NCBI GenBank assembly: GCA_964016885.1
Contig: OZ024744.1
Span: 128,650,001 to 128,714,000 of the forward strand
Length of the DNA: 64,000 nucleotides
Reading direction: 5' to 3'
From: Eledone cirrhosa
Taxonomy: Eukaryota
Under the pieces are notes generated by a model. That model searched no databases. It saw nothing but the letters and a program-made list of their open reading frames with translations, and was not told where the DNA came from. This document shows, piece by piece, positions 34,301 to 48,038 of the stretch. Numbering within the stretch: position 1 is the stretch's first letter; each line of letters starts with the position of its first letter. A program made the translations under genes and the position numbers.

Positions 34301-37300
34301 TTAAGTTGGGGTTAAGTTGGGGTTAAGTTAATTTAGGGTTAAGTTAAGTTGGGGTTGAGTTAAGTTGGGGTTAAGTTAAGTGGTGGTTATGTTAAGTTGG
34401 GGTTAAGTTAAGTTGGGGTTAATTTAAATTGGGGTTAATTTAACTTTGTGGTTAAGTTAATTTGGGGTTAATTTAAGTTGGGGTTAAGTTAAGTTGGGGT
34501 TAATTTAATTTGTGGTTAAGTTAAGTTGGGGTTAAGTTAAGTTGGCGTTGAGTTAAGCTGGGGTTAAGTTAAGTTGGGGTTAAAATAAGTTGGGGTTAAG
34601 TTAAGTTGGGGCTGAGTTAAGTTGGGGTTAAGTTGGGGTTGAGTTAAGTTGGGGTTAAGTTAAGTTGGGATTAAGTTAAGTTGGGGTTAAGTTAAGTTCG
34701 GGTTGAGTTAAGTTGGGGTTAAATTAAGTTGGGGTTAATTTAAGTTGGGGTTAAGTTAAGTTGGGGTTAAGATAAGTTGGGGTTAAGTTAAGTTGGGGTT
34801 AAGTTAAGTTGGGGTTGAGTTAATTTGGGGTTAAGTTAAGTTGGGGTTAACTTAAGTTGGGGTTAAGTTAAGTTGGGGTTAAGTTAAGTTGGGGGTAAGT
34901 TAAGTTGGGGGCAAGTTGAGTTGGGGTTAAGTTAAGTTGGGGTTAAGTTAAGGTGGGGGTAAGTTAAGTTGGGGGTAAGTTAAGTTGGGGTTAAGTTAAG
35001 TTGGGGTTAAGTTAAGTTGGGTTTAAGTTAAGTTGGGGCTAAGTTAAGTTGGGGCTAAGTTAAGTTGGGGCTAAGTTAAGTTGGGGCTGAGTTAAGTTGG
35101 GGTTAAGTTAAGTTGGGGTTGAGTTAAGTTGGGGTTAACTTAAGTTGGGGTTAAGTTGGGGTTAAGTTAAGTTGGGGTTAAGTTAAGTTGGGGGTTAGTT
35201 AAGTTGGGGGCAAGTTAAGTTGGGGTTAATTTAAGTTGGGGTTAAGTTAAGTTGGGGTTATGTTAAGTTGGGGTTAAGTTAAGTTGGGGTTAAGTTAAGT
35301 TGGGGGTAAGTTATGTTGGGGTTAAGTTAAGTTGGGGGTAAGTTAAGTTGAGGGTAAGTTAAGTTGGGGTTAAGTTACGTTGGGGTTAAATTAAGTTGGG
35401 GTAAGTTAAGCCGGGGGTAAGTTAAGTTGGGGTTAAGTTAAGTTGGGGTTAAATTAAGTTGAGGTTAAGTTAAGTTGGGGTTAAGTTAAGTTGGAGGTAA
35501 GATAAGTTGGGGCTAAGTTAAGTTGGGGCTAAGTCAAGTTGGGGTTAAGTCAAGTTGAGGTTAACTTAAGTTGGGGTTAAGTTAAGTTGGGGTTAAGTTA
35601 AGTTGGGGTTAAGGTAAGTTGGGGTTATGTTAAGTTGGGGCTAAGTTAAGTTGGGGCTAAGTTGGGGCTAAGTTAAGTTGGGGCTGAGTTAAGTTGGGGT
35701 TAAGTTAAGTTGGGGTTGAGTTAAGTTGGGGTTAAGTTAAGTTGGGATTCAATTAAGTTGGGGTTAAGTTACGTTCGGCTTGAGTTAAGTTGGGGTTAAG
35801 TTAAGTTGGGGTTAATTTAAGTTGGGGTTAAGTTAAGTTGGGGTTAAGATAAGTTGGGGTTAAGTTAAGTTTGGGTTAAGTTAAGTTGGAGTTGAGTTAA
35901 TTTGGGGTTAAGTTAAGTTGGGGTTAACTTAAGTTGGGGTTAAGTTGGGGTTAAGTTAAGTTGGGGTTAAGTTAAGTTGGGGGTAGGTTAAGTTGGGGGC
36001 AAGTTAAGTTGGGTTTAAGTTAAGTTGGGGTTAAGTTAAGTTGGGGGTAAGTTACGTTGGGGTTAAGTTAAGTTGGTGTTAAGTTAAGTTGGGTTTAAGT
36101 TAAGTTGGGGCTAAGTTAAGTTGGGGCTAAGTTAAGTTGGGGCTGAGTTAAGTTGGGGGTAAGTTAAGTTGGGTGTGAGTTAAGTTGGGGTTAAGTTAAG
36201 TTGGGGTTCAGTTCAGTTGGGGTTAAGTTAAGCTGGGGTTAAGTTAAGCTGGGGGTATGTTAAGTTGGGTGTAAGTTAAGTTGGGGTTAAGTTAAGTTGG
36301 GGTTAATTTAAGTTGGGGTTAAGTTAAGTTGGGGTTAAATTAAGTTGGGGTTAAGTTAAGTTGGGGTTAAGTTAAGTTGGGGTTAAGTTAAGTTGGGGTT
36401 AAGTTAAGTTGGAGTTAAGTTAAGTTGGGGTTAAGCTAAGTTGGGGTTCAGTTAAGTTGGGGTTAAGTTAATTTGGGGTTAAGTTAAGTTCGGGTTGAGT
36501 TAAGTTGGGGTTAAGTTAAGTTGGGGTTAAGTTAAGTTGGGGTTAAGTTAAGTTGGGGTTAAGATAAGTTGGGGTTAAGTTAAGTTGGGGTTAATTTAAG
36601 TTGGGGTTGAGTTAATTTGGGGTTAAGTTAAGTTCGGGTTGAGTTAAGTTGGGGTTAAGTTAAGTTGGGCTTAACTTAAGTTGGGGTTAAGTTAAGTTGG
36701 GGTTAAGTTAAGTTGGGGTTAAGTTAAGTTGGGGGTAAGTTAAGTTGGGGGCAAGTTGAGTTGGAGTTAAGTTAAGTTGGGGTTAAGTTAAGGTGGAGGT
36801 AAGTTAAGTTGGGGGTAAGTTAAGTTGGGGTTAAGTTAAGTTGGGGTTAAGTTAAGTTAAGTTTAAGTTAAGTTGGGGCTAAGTTAAGTTGGGGCTGAGT
36901 TAAGTTGGGGTTAAGTTAAGTTGGGGTTGAGTTAAGTTGGGGTTAACTTAAGTTGGGGTTTAGTTGGGGTTAAGTTAAGTTGGGGTTAAATTAAGTTGGG
37001 GGTTAGTTAAGTTGGGGCAAGTTAAGTTGGGGTTAATTTAAGTTGGGGTTAAGTTAAGTTGGGGTTATGTTAAGTTGGGGTTAAGTTAAGTTGGGGTTAA
37101 GTTAAGTTGGGGGTAAGTTAAGTTGGAGTTAAGTTAAGTTGGGGGTAAGTTAAGTTGAGGGTAAGTTAAGTTGGGGTTAAGTTAAGTTGGGGTTAAATTA
37201 AGTTGGGGGTAAGTTAAGTTGGGGGTAAGTTAAGTTGGGGTTAAGTTAAGTTGGGGTTAAATTAAGTTGAGGTTAAGTTAAGTTGGGGTTAAGTTAAGTT

Positions 37301-40300
37301 GGGGTAAGATAAGTTGGGGGTAAAATAAGTTGGGGCTAAGTTAAGTTGGGGCTAAGTCAAGTTGGGGTTAAGTCAAGTTGAGGTTAACTTAAGTTGGGGT
37401 TAAGTTAAGTTGGGGTTAAGTTAAGTTGGGGTTAAGGTAAGTTGGGGTTATGTTAAGTTGGGGCTAAGTTAAGTTGGGGCTAAGTTAAGTTGGGGCTGAG
37501 TTAAGTTGGGGTTAAGTTAAGTTGGGGTTGAGTTAAGTTGGGGTTAAGTTAAGTTGGGATTAAGTTAAGTTGGAGTTAAGTTAAGTTGGGGTTAAGTTAA
37601 GTTCGGCTTGAGTTAAGTTGGGGTTAAGTTAAGTTGGGGTTAAATTAAGTTGGGGTTAAGTTAAGTTGGGGTTAAATTAAGTTGGGGTTCAGTTAAGTTG
37701 GGGTTAAATTAAGTTGGGGTTAAGTTAAGTTGGGGTTAAGTTAATTTGGAGTTAAGTTAAGTTGGGGTTAAGCTAAGTTGGGGTTCAGTTAAGTTGGGGT
37801 TAAGTTAATTTGGGGCTGAGTTAAGTTGGGGTTAAGTTAAGTTCGGGTTGAGTTAAGTTGGGGTTAAGTTAAGTTCGGGTTAAGTTAAGTTGGGGTTAAG
37901 ATAAGTTGGGGTTAATTTAAGTTGGGGTTAATTTAAGTTGGGGTTGAGTTAATTTGGGTTTAAGTTAAGTTGGGCTTAACTTAAGTTGGGGTTAAGTTGG
38001 GGTTAAGTTAAGTTGGGGTTAAGTTAAGTTGGGGGTAAGTTAAGTTGGGGGCAAATTAAGTTGGGGTTAATTTAAGTTGGGGTTAAGTTAAGTTGGGGGT
38101 AAGTTACGTTGGGGTTAAGTTAAGTTGGGGTTAAGTTAAGTTGGGTTTAAGTTAAGTTGGGGCTAAGTTAAGTTGGGGCTAAGTTAAGTTGGGGCTGAGT
38201 TAAGTTGGGGGTAAGTTAAGTTGGGTGTGAGTTAAGTTGGGGTTAAGTTAAGTTGGGGTTCAGTTCAGTTGGGGTTAAGTTAAGCTGGGGTTAAGTTAAG
38301 CTGGGGGTATGTTAAGTTGGGTGTAAGTTAAGTTGGGGTTAAGTTAAGTTGGGGTTAAGTTAAGTTGGGGTTAAGTTGGGGTTAAATTAAGTTGGGGTTA
38401 AGTTAAGTTGGGGTTAAGTTAAGTTGGGGTTAAGTTAAGTTGGGGTTAAGTTAAGGTGGAGTTAAGTTAAGTTGGGGTTAAGCTAAGTTGGGGTTCAGTT
38501 AAGTTGGGGTTAAGTTAATTTGGGGTTAAGTTAAGTTCGGGTTGAGTTAAGTTGGGGTTAAGTTAAGTTGGGGTTAAGTTAAGTTGGGGTTAAGTTAAGT
38601 TGGGGTTAAGATAAGTTGGGGTTAAGTTAAGTTGGGGTTAATTTAAGTTGGGGTTGAGTTAATTTGGGGTTAAGTTAAGTTCGGGTTGAGTTAAGTTGGG
38701 GTTAAGTTAAGTTGGGCTTAACTTAAGTTGGGGTTAAGTTAAGTTGGGGTTAAGTTAAGTTGGGGTTAAGTTAAGTTGGGGGTAAGTTAAGTTGCGGTTA
38801 AGTTAAGTTGATGTTAAGTTAATTTGGGGTTAAGTTAAGTTGGGGTTAAGTTAAGTTGGGGTTAAGTTAAGGTGGGGTTAAGTTAAGTTGGGGTCAACTT
38901 AAGTTGGGGTTAAGTTAAGTTGGGGTTAACTTAAGTTGGGGTTAAGTTAAGTTGGGGTTAATTTAAGTTGAGGTTAAGTTAAGTTGGTGTTAAGTTAAGT
39001 TGGGGCTAAGTTAAGTTGGGGCTAAGTTAAGTTGGGGTTAAGTTAACTTTGGGTTAAGTTAATTTGGGTTTGAGTTAAGTTGGGGTTAATTAAGTTGGGG
39101 TTAAGTTAAGTTGGGGTTAAGTTAAGTTGGGGTTAAGTTAAGTTGCGGTTAAGTTAAGTTGATGTTAAGTTAATTTGGGGTTAAGTTAAGTTGGGGTTAA
39201 GTTAAGTTGGGGTTAAGTTAAGGTGGGGTTAAGTTAAGTTGGGGTCAACTTAAGTTGGGGTTAAGTTAAGTTGGGGTTAACTTAAGTTGGGGTTAAGTTA
39301 AGTTGGGGTTAATTTAAGTTGAGGTTAAGTTAAGTTGGTGTTAAGTTAAGTTGGGGCTAAGTTAAGTTGGAGTTAAGTTAAGTTGGGGTTGAGTTAAGTT
39401 GCGGTTAAGTTAAGTTGGGGTTAAGTTAAGTTGGGGTTAAGTTAAGTTGGGGTTTATTTAAGTTGGGGTTCAGTTAATTTGGGGTTAAGTTAAGTTTGGG
39501 TTAAGTTGGGGTTAAATTAAGTTGGGGTTAAATTAAGTTGGGGTTAAGCTAATTTGGGGTTAAGTTAAGTTGGGGTTAATTTAAGTTGGGGTTAAGTTAA
39601 GTTGCGGGTAATTTAAGTCGGGGTTAAGTTAAGTTGGGGTTAAGTTAAGTTGGGGTTAAGTTAAGGTGGGGTTTAGTTAAGTTGGGGTTAAGTTAAGTTG
39701 GGGGTAAGTTAAGTTGGGGGTAAGTTAAGTTGGGGGTAAGTTAAGTTGGGGTTAAGTTAAGTCGGGGTTAAGTTAAGTTGGGGTTAAGTTAAGTTGGGGT
39801 TAATTTAAGTTGGGGTTAAGTTAAGTTGGGGGTAAGTTAAGTTGGGGGTAAGTTAAGTTAGGGTTAAGTTAAGTTGGGGTTGAGTTAAGTTGGGGGTAAG
39901 TTAAGTTGGGGTTAAGTTAAGTTGGGGTTGAGTTAAGTTGGGGTTGAGTTAATTTGGGGTTAAGTTGGGGTTAACTTAAGTTGGGTTTAATTTAAGTTGG
40001 GGTTAAGTTAAGTTGGGGTTATAATTAAGTTGCGGTTAAGTTAAGTTGGGGGTAAGATAAGTTGGGGTTAAGTTAAGCTGGGGCTAAGTTAAGTTGGGGC
40101 TAAGTTAAGTCGGGGCTAAGTTAAGTTGGGGTTAAGTTAACTTTGGGTTAAGTTAATTTGGGTTTGAGTTAAGTTGGGGTTAATTAAGTTGGGGTTAAGT
40201 TAAGTTGGGGTTAATTTAAGTTGGGGTTAAGTTAAGTTGCGGTTAAGTTAAGTTGATGTTAAGTTAATTTGGGGTTAAGTTAAGTTGGGGTTAAGTTAAG

Positions 40301-43300
40301 TTGGGGTTAAGTTAAGGTGGGGTTAAGTTAAGTTGGGGTCAACTTAAGTTGGGGTTAAGTTAAGTTGGGGTTAACTTAAGTTGGGGTTAAGTTAAGTTGG
40401 GGTTAATTTAAGTTGAGGTTAAGTTAAGTTGGTGTTAAGTTAAGTTGGGGCTAAGTTAAGTTGGGGCTGAGTTAAGTTGGGGCTGAGTTAAGTTGGAGTT
40501 AAGTTAAGTTGGGGTTGAGGTAAGTTGCGGTTAAGTTAAGTTGGGGTTAAGTTAAGTTGGGGTTAAGTTAAGTTGGGGTTTATTTAAGTTGGGGTTCAGT
40601 TAATTTGGGGTTAAGTTAAGTTTGGGTTAAGTTGGGGTTAAATTAAGTTGGGGTTAAATTAAGTTGGGGTTAAGCTAATTTGGGGTTAATTTAAGTTGGG
40701 GTTAAGTTAAGTTGCGGGTAATTTAAGTCGGGGTTAAGTTAAGTTGGGGTTAAGTTAAGTTGGGGTTAAGTTAAGGTGGGGTTTAGTTAAGTTGGGGTTA
40801 AGTTAAGTTGGGGGTAAGTTAAGTTGGGGGTAAGTTAAGTTGGGGGTAAGTTAAGTTGGGGTTAAGTTAAGTCGGGGTTAAGTTAAGTTGGGGTTAAGTT
40901 AAGTTGGGGTTAATTTAAGTTGGGGTTAAGTTAAGTTGGGGGTAAGTTAAGTTGGGGGTAAGTTAAGTTAGGGTTAAGTTAAGTTGGGGTTGAGTTAAGT
41001 TGGGGTTAAGTTAAGTTGGGGTTATGTTAAGTTGGGGTTAAGTTAAGTTGGGGTTAAGTTAAGTTGGGGTTAAGTTAAGTTGCGGTTAAGTTAAGTTGGG
41101 GTTAAATTAAGTTGGGGTTAAGTTAAGTTGGGATTAAGTTAAGTTGGGGTTAAGTTAAGTTGGGGTTAAGTTAAGTTGGGGTTAAGTTAGATTGTTGTTA
41201 AGTTAAGTTGGGGTTAAGTTAAGTTGGGGTTAAGTTAAGTTGGGGTTAATTTAAGTTGGGGTTAAGTTATGTCGGGGTTAAGTTGAGTTGGGGTTAAGTT
41301 AAGTTGGGGTTAAGTTAAGTTGGGGTTAAGTTAAGTTGGGGTTAAGATAAGTTGGGGTTAAGTTAAGTTGGGGTTAAATTAAGTTCGGGTTAAGTTAATT
41401 TGGGGTTGACTTAAGTTGGGGTTAACTTAAGTTGGGATTAAGTTAAGTTGGGGTTAAGTTAAGTTGGGGTTAAATTAAGTTCGGGTTAAGTTAAGTTGGG
41501 GTTAAGTTAAGTTGGGGTTAAGTTAAGTTGGGGTTAAGTTAGGTTGGGGTTAAGTTAAGTTGGGGGTAAGTTAAGTTGGGGTTAAGTTAAGTTGGGGTTA
41601 AGTTAAGTTGGGGGTAAGTTAAGTTGGGGGTAAGTTAAGTTGGGTCGAATTAAGTTGGTGTTAAGTTAAGTTGGGGTTAAGTTAAGTTGGGGTTAAGTTA
41701 AGTTGGGGTTAAGTTAAGATGGGGTTTAGTTAAGTTGGGGTTAAGTTAAGTTGGGGTTACGTTAAGTTGGGGGTAAGTTAAGTTGGTGGTAAGTTAAGTT
41801 GGGGGTAAGTTAAGATGGGGTTAAATTAAGTTGGGGTTAAGTTAATTTGGGGTTGACTTAATTTGGGGTTGACTTAAGTTGGGGTTAACTTAAGTTGGGG
41901 TTAAGTTAAGATGGGGTTTAGTTAAGTTGGGGTTAAGTTAAGTTGGGGTTTAGTTAAGTTGGGGTTAAGTTAATTTGGGGTTAAGTTAAGTTGGTGGTAA
42001 GTTAAGTTGGGGGTAAGTTAAGTTGGGGGTAAGTTAAGTTGGGGTTAATTTAAGTTGGGTCGAATTAAGTTGGTGTTAAGTTAAGTTGGGGTTAAGTTAA
42101 GTTGGGGTTAAGTTAAGTTGGGGTTAAGTTAAGTTGGGGGTAAGTTAAGTTGGGGGTAAGTTAAGTTGGGGTTAATTTAAGTTGGGTCGAATTAAGTTGG
42201 TGTTAAGTTAAGTTGGGGTTAAGTTAAGTTGGGGTTAAGTTAAGTTGGGGTTGAGTTAAGTCGGGGTTAAGTTAAGTTGGGGTTATGTTAAGTTGGGGTT
42301 AAGTTAAGTTGGGGTTAAGTTAAGTTGGGGTTCAATTAAGTTGCGGTTAATTTAAGTTGGGGTTAAGTTAAGTTGGGGTTAAGTTAAGTTGGGGTTAAGT
42401 TAAGTTGGGGTTAAATTAAGTTGGGGTTAAATTAAGTTGGGGTTAAGTTAAGTTGGGGTTATGTTAAGTTGGTGTTAAGTTAAGTTGGGGTTAAGTTAAG
42501 TTGGGGTTAAGTTAAGTTGGGGTTAAGTTAGGTTGGTGTTAAGTTAAGTTGGGGGTAAGTTAAGTTGGGGGTAAGTTAAGTTGGTGTTAAGTTAAGTTGG
42601 GGTTAAGTTAAGTTGGGGTTAAGTTAAGTTGGGTTTAAGTTAAGTTGGGGCTAAGTTAAGTTAGGGCTAAGTTAAGTTGGGGTTAAGTAAAGTTAGGGCT
42701 AAGTTAAGTTGGGTTAAGTTAAGTTGGGGTTAATTTAACTTGGGGTTACATTAAGTTGAGGTTAAGTTAAGTTGGTGTTAAGTTAAGTTGGGGTTAATTT
42801 AAGTTGGGGTTAATTAAGTTGGGGTTAATTTAAGTTGGGGTTAAGTTAAGTTGGGGTTAATTTCAGTTGGGGTTGAGTTAAGTTGGGGTTAAGTTTAGTT
42901 GGGGTTAATTTAAGTTGGGGTTGCGTTAAGTTGGGGTTAAGTTAAGTTGGGGTTAAGTTATGTTCGGGTTAAGTTAAGTTGGTGTTAAGTTAAGTTAGGG
43001 TTAAATTAAGTTGCGGCTAAGTTAAGTTGGGTCTAAGTTAAGTTGGGGTTAAGTTAAGTTGGGGTTAAGTTAGGTTGGTGTTAAGTTAAGTTGGGGGTAA
43101 GTTAAGTTGGGGGTAAGTTAAGTTGGTGTTAAGTTAAGTTGGGTTTAAGTTAAGTTGGGGCTAAGTTAAGTTAGGGCTAAGTTAAGTTGGGGCTGAGTTA
43201 AGTTGGGGTTAAGTTAAGTTGGGGTTGAGTTAAGTTGGGGCTAAGTTAAGTTGGGGTTTAGTTAAGTTGGGGTTAAGTTAAGGTGGGGTTAAGTTAAGTT

Positions 43301-45741
43301 GGGGTCAACTAAAGTTGGGGTTAAGTTAAGTTGGGGTTAACTTAAGTTGGGGTTAAATTAAGTTGGGGTTAAGTTAAGTTGGGGTTAAGTTAAGTTGGGG
43401 TTAAGTTAAGTTGCGGGTAATTTAAGTTGGGGTTAAGTTAAGTTGGGGTTAAGTTAAGTTGGGGGTAAGTTAAGTTGGGGGTAAGTTAAGTTGGGGTTAA
43501 GTTAAGTTAGGGTTAAGTTAAGTTGGGGTTGAGTTAAGTTGGGGTTAAGTTAAGTCGGGGTTATGTTAAGTTGGGGTTAAGTTAAGTTGGGGTTAATTTA
43601 AGTTGGGGTTAAGTTAAGTTGCGGTTAAGTTAAGTTGGGGTTAAATTAAGTTGGGGTTAAGTTAAGTTGGGATTAAGTTAAGTTGGGGTTAAGTTAAGTT
43701 GGGGTTAAGTTAGATTGTTGTTAAGTTAAGTTGGGGTTAAGTTAAGTTGGGGTTAATTTAAGTTGGGGTTAATTTAAGTTGGGTCTAATTAAGTTGGGGT
43801 TAAGTTAAGTTGGGGTTAAGTTAAGTTGTGGTTAAGTTAAGTTGGGGTTAAGTTAAGTTGCGTTTACGTTAAGTTGGGGGTAAGTTAAGTTGGTGGTAAG
43901 TTAAGTTGGGGGTAAGTTAAGATGGGGTTAAGTTAAGTTGGGGTTAATTTAATTTGGGGTTAAGTTAAGTTAGGGTTAAGTTAAGTTGGGGTTGAGTTAA
44001 GTCGGGGTTCAGTTAAGTTGGGGTTATGTTAAGTTGGGGTTAAGTTAAGTTGGGGTTAAGTTAAGTTGGGGTTCAATTAAGTTGCGGGTAATTTAAGTTG
44101 GGGTTAAGTTAAGTTGGGGGTACGTTAAGTTGGGGGTAAGTTAAGTTGGGGTTAAGTTAAGTTGGGGTTAAGTTAAGTCGGGGTTAATTTAAGTTGCGGT
44201 TAAGTTAAGTTGGGGTTAAGTTAAGTTGGGGTTAAGTTAAGTTGGGATTAAGTTAAGTTGGGGTTAAGTTAAGTTGGGGTTGAGTTAAGTTGGGGTTAAG
44301 TTAGATTATTGTTAATTTATTTTGGGGTTAAGTTAAGTTGGGGTTAAGTTAAGTTGGGGTTAATTTAAGTTGGGGTTAAGTTAAGTGGGGGTTAAGTTGA
44401 GTTGGGGTTAAGTTAAGTTGGGGTTAAGTTAAGTTGGGGTTAAGATAAGTTGGGGTTAAGTTAAGTTGGGGTTGAGTTAAGTTCGGGTTGAGTTAATTTG
44501 GGGTTAACTTAAGTTGGCGTTAACTTAAGTTGGGGTTAAGTTAAGTTGGGTTTATGTTAAGTTGGGGATAAGTTAAGTTGGGGTTAAGTTAAGTTGGGGT
44601 TCAATTAAGTTGCGGTTAATTTAAGTTGGGGTTAAGTTAAGTTGGGGTTAAGTTAAGTTGGGGTTAAGTTAAGTTGGGGTTAAATTAAGTTAGGGCTAAG
44701 TTAAGTTGAGGTTATGTTAAGTTGGTGTTAAGTTAGGTTGGTGTTAAGTTAAGTTGGGGGTAAGTTAAGTTGGGGGTAAGTTAAGTTGGTGTTAAGTTAA
44801 GTTGGGGTTAAGTTAAGTTGGGGTTAATTTAAGTTGGGGTTAAGTTAAGTTGGGTTTAAGTTAAGTTGGGTCTAAGTTAAGTTGGGGTTAAGTTAAGTTG
44901 AGGTTAAGTTAAGTTGGGATTAAGTTAAGTTGGGGTTAAGTTAAGTTGGGGTTAAGTTAAGTTGGGGTTAAGTTAGGTTGGGGTCAAGTTATGTTGGGGG
45001 TAAGTTAAGTTGGGGGTAAGTTAAGTTGGGGTTAGGTTAAGTTGGGGTTAAGTTAAGTTGGGGTTAAGTTAAGTTGGGGTTACGTTAAGTTGGGGGTGAG
45101 TTAAGTTGGTGGTAAGTTAAGTTGGGGGTAAGTTAAGATGGGGTTAAGTTAAGTTGGGGTTAATTTAATTTGGGGTTAAGTTAAGTTAGGGGTTGAGTTA
45201 AGTTGGGGTTAAGTTAAGTTGGGGTTATGTTAAGTTGGGGATAAGTTAAGTTGGGGTTAAGTTAAGTTGGGGTTCAATTAAGTTGCGGTTAATTTAAGTT
45301 GGGGTTAAGTTAAGTTCGGGTTAAGTTAAGTTGGGGTTAAGTTAAGTTGGGGTTAAATTAAGTTAGGGCTAAGTTAAGTTGAGGTTATGTTAAGTTGGTG
45401 TTAAGTTAAGTTGGGGTTAAGTTAAGTTGGGGTTAAGTTAAGTTGGGGTTAAGTTAAGTTGGGTTTAAGTTAAGTTGGGGCTAAGTTAAGTTGGGGTTAA
45501 GTTAAGTTGGGGTTAAGTTAAGTTGGGGTTAAGTTAGGTTGGTGTTAAGTTAAGTTGGGGGTAAGTTAAGTTGGGGGTAAGTTAAGTTGGTGTTAAGTTA
45601 AGTTGGGGTTAAGTTAAGTTGGGGTTAAGTTAAGTTGGGTTTAAGTTAAGTTGGGTCTAAGTTAAGTTGGGGTTAAGTTAAGTTGGGGTTAACTTAAGTT
45701 GGGGGTAAGTTAAGTTGGGTTTGAGTTAAGTTGGGGTTAAG
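31350..45741 (+). repeat. 16-bp satellite array, block 3 (contains inversion 31997-32229)
   Basis: Same consensus; colinear with block 2 over kb stretches (GCCGGGGGTA at 12521 and 35410; GCTTAACTTA at 11341 and 34230; both offset 22889). Confidence 0.99.
31997..32229 (-). repeat. Inverted satellite block 2, 233 bp
   Basis: Same sequence and TTAA breakpoints as 10640-10872. Confidence 0.97.
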
Positions 45742-48038
45742 TTAGGTTTTTCGAAAACCTTATATAATCATTTTTTTTTAGGTTTTTCGAAACACCTTAT
45801 ATAATCAATTTTTTTATGTTTTTCGAAAAACCTTATATAATCATTTTTTTTATACTTTTAGAAATATTTATATCTGATTTCAAATATTTATTTTTCTAGG
45901 TTTTTCGAAAACCTTATATAATCAATTTTTTTTAGGTTTTTCGAAAAATGTTATATAATCAATTTTTTTTAGGTTTTTCGAAAAACCTTATATAATCAAT
46001 TTTTTTTTAGGTTTTTCGAAACACCTTATATAATCAATTTTTTTTAGGTTTTTCGAAAAACCTTATATAATCAATCTTTTTTAGGTTTTTCGAAAAACCT
46101 TATATAATCAATTTTTTTAGGTTTTTCGTAAAACCTTATATAATCAATTTTTTTAGGTTTTTCGAAAAACCTTATATAATCAATTTTTTTTAGGTTTTTC
46201 GAAATACCTTATATAATTAATTTTTTTTAGGTTTTTCGAAAAATCTTATATAATTAATTTATATCTGATTTCAAATATTGATTTTTTTAGGTTTTTCGAA
46301 AACCTTATATAATCAATTTTTTTTAGGTTTTTCGAAAAAGAATGAATTCATATTCGAAATATATACTTCTGCATTAATCTTTTTACGTTTTTCTGATTTT
46401 TTGCATGTTTTGAAATTTAAAAAAAACGTAAAAAATTAATGCTTTTACAAATATTTTGAAATATTTACTTTCTGGTTTCAAATTTTGCAAATTAAATTTT
46501 TTTCTAAAAAAATCAGTTTTCGAAATCAGAAGTTAATATTTCGAAAAACGCAATTTAAAAAACTCATATTAATTTTTTTTCGAATGAAGTTTTTTTATGC
46601 TTTTAGAAATATTTATATCTGATTTAAAATATTGATTTTTTTAGGTTTACCTTATATAATCAAACAAATTTTTTTAGGTTTTTCGAAATATCTTATATAA
46701 TCAATTTTTTTTAGGTTTTTCGAAAAAGAATGAATTTGAGTTCATAGTCGAAATATATACTTCTGCATTAATCTTTGATTTTTTGCATGTTTTGAAATCT
46801 AAAAAAAACGTAAAAAATTAATGCTTTTACAAATATTTTGAAATATTTACTTTCTGGTTTCTAAGTTTGCAAATTAAATTTTTTTCGAAAAACCTAAAAA
46901 AATCAGTTTTTGAAATCAGAAGTTAATATTTCGAAAAACGCAATTTGAAAAACTCATATTAATTTTTTTTCGAATGAAGTTTTTTATACTTTTAGAAATA
47001 TTTATATCTGATTTCAAATATTGATTTTTTTAGGTTTTTCGAAAAAGAATGAATTTGAGTTCATAGTCGAAATATATATTTCTGCATTAATCTTTTTACG
47101 TTTTTCTGATTTTTTGCATGTTTTGAAATTTAAAAAAAACGTAAAAAAACAATATTTCGAAAAACGCAATTTGAAAAACTCATATTAATTTTTTTTCGAA
47201 TGAATTCTTTTATACTTTTAGAAATATTTATATCTGATTTTAAATATTGATTTTTTTAGGTTTACCTTATATAATCAAATTTTTTTAGGTTGTTCGAAAA
47301 ATCTTATATAATCAAATTTTTTTAGGTTTTTCGAAAAAGAATTTGAGTTCATAGTCGAAATATATACTTCTGCATTAATCTTTTTACGTTTTTCTGATTT
47401 TTTGCATGTTTTGAAATTTAAAAAAAACGTAAAAAATTAATGCTTTTACAAATATTTTGAAATATTTACTTTCTGGTTTCAAATTTTGTAAATTAAATTT
47501 TTTTCGAAAAACCTAAAAAAATCAGTTTTCGAAATCAGAAGTTAATATTTCGAAAAACGCAATTTAAAAAACTCATATTAATTTTTTTTCGAATGAATTC
47601 TTTTAGAAATATTTATATCTGATTTCAAATATTGATTTTTTTAGGTTTACCTTATATAATCAAATTTTTTTAGGTTTTTCAAAAACCTTATATAATCAAT
47701 TTTTTTTAGGTTTTTCGAAAAACCTTACATAATCAATTTTTTTTAGGTTTTTTAGAAAAACCTTATATAATCAATTTTTTACGTTTTTAGAAAAACCTTA
47801 TATAATCAATTTTTTTTATACTTTTAGAAATATTTATATCTTATTTCAAATATTGATTTTTTTTAGATTTTTCGAAATACCTTATATAATCAATTTTTCT
47901 AGGTGTTTCGAAAAACCTTATATAATCAATTTTTTTTAGGTTTTTCGAAAGACCTTATATAATCAATTTTTTTTAGGTTTTTCGAAAAACCTTATATAAT
48001 CAATTTTTTTAGGTTTTTCGACAACCTTATATAATCAA
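45742..48038. repeat. AT-rich composite repeat island 3 (short form, 2297 bp)
   Basis: Colinear with island 2 at offset 16689; differences noticed only at 31065/47754 (C/A) and 31158/47847 (A/C). Confidence 0.97.

Noticed and set aside
29053-48038. Islands 2 and 3 as a pure assembly duplication
   Set aside because: They differ at at least two positions, their inversions differ by 5 bp and flanking satellite differs in structure; read-level confirmation is still needed.
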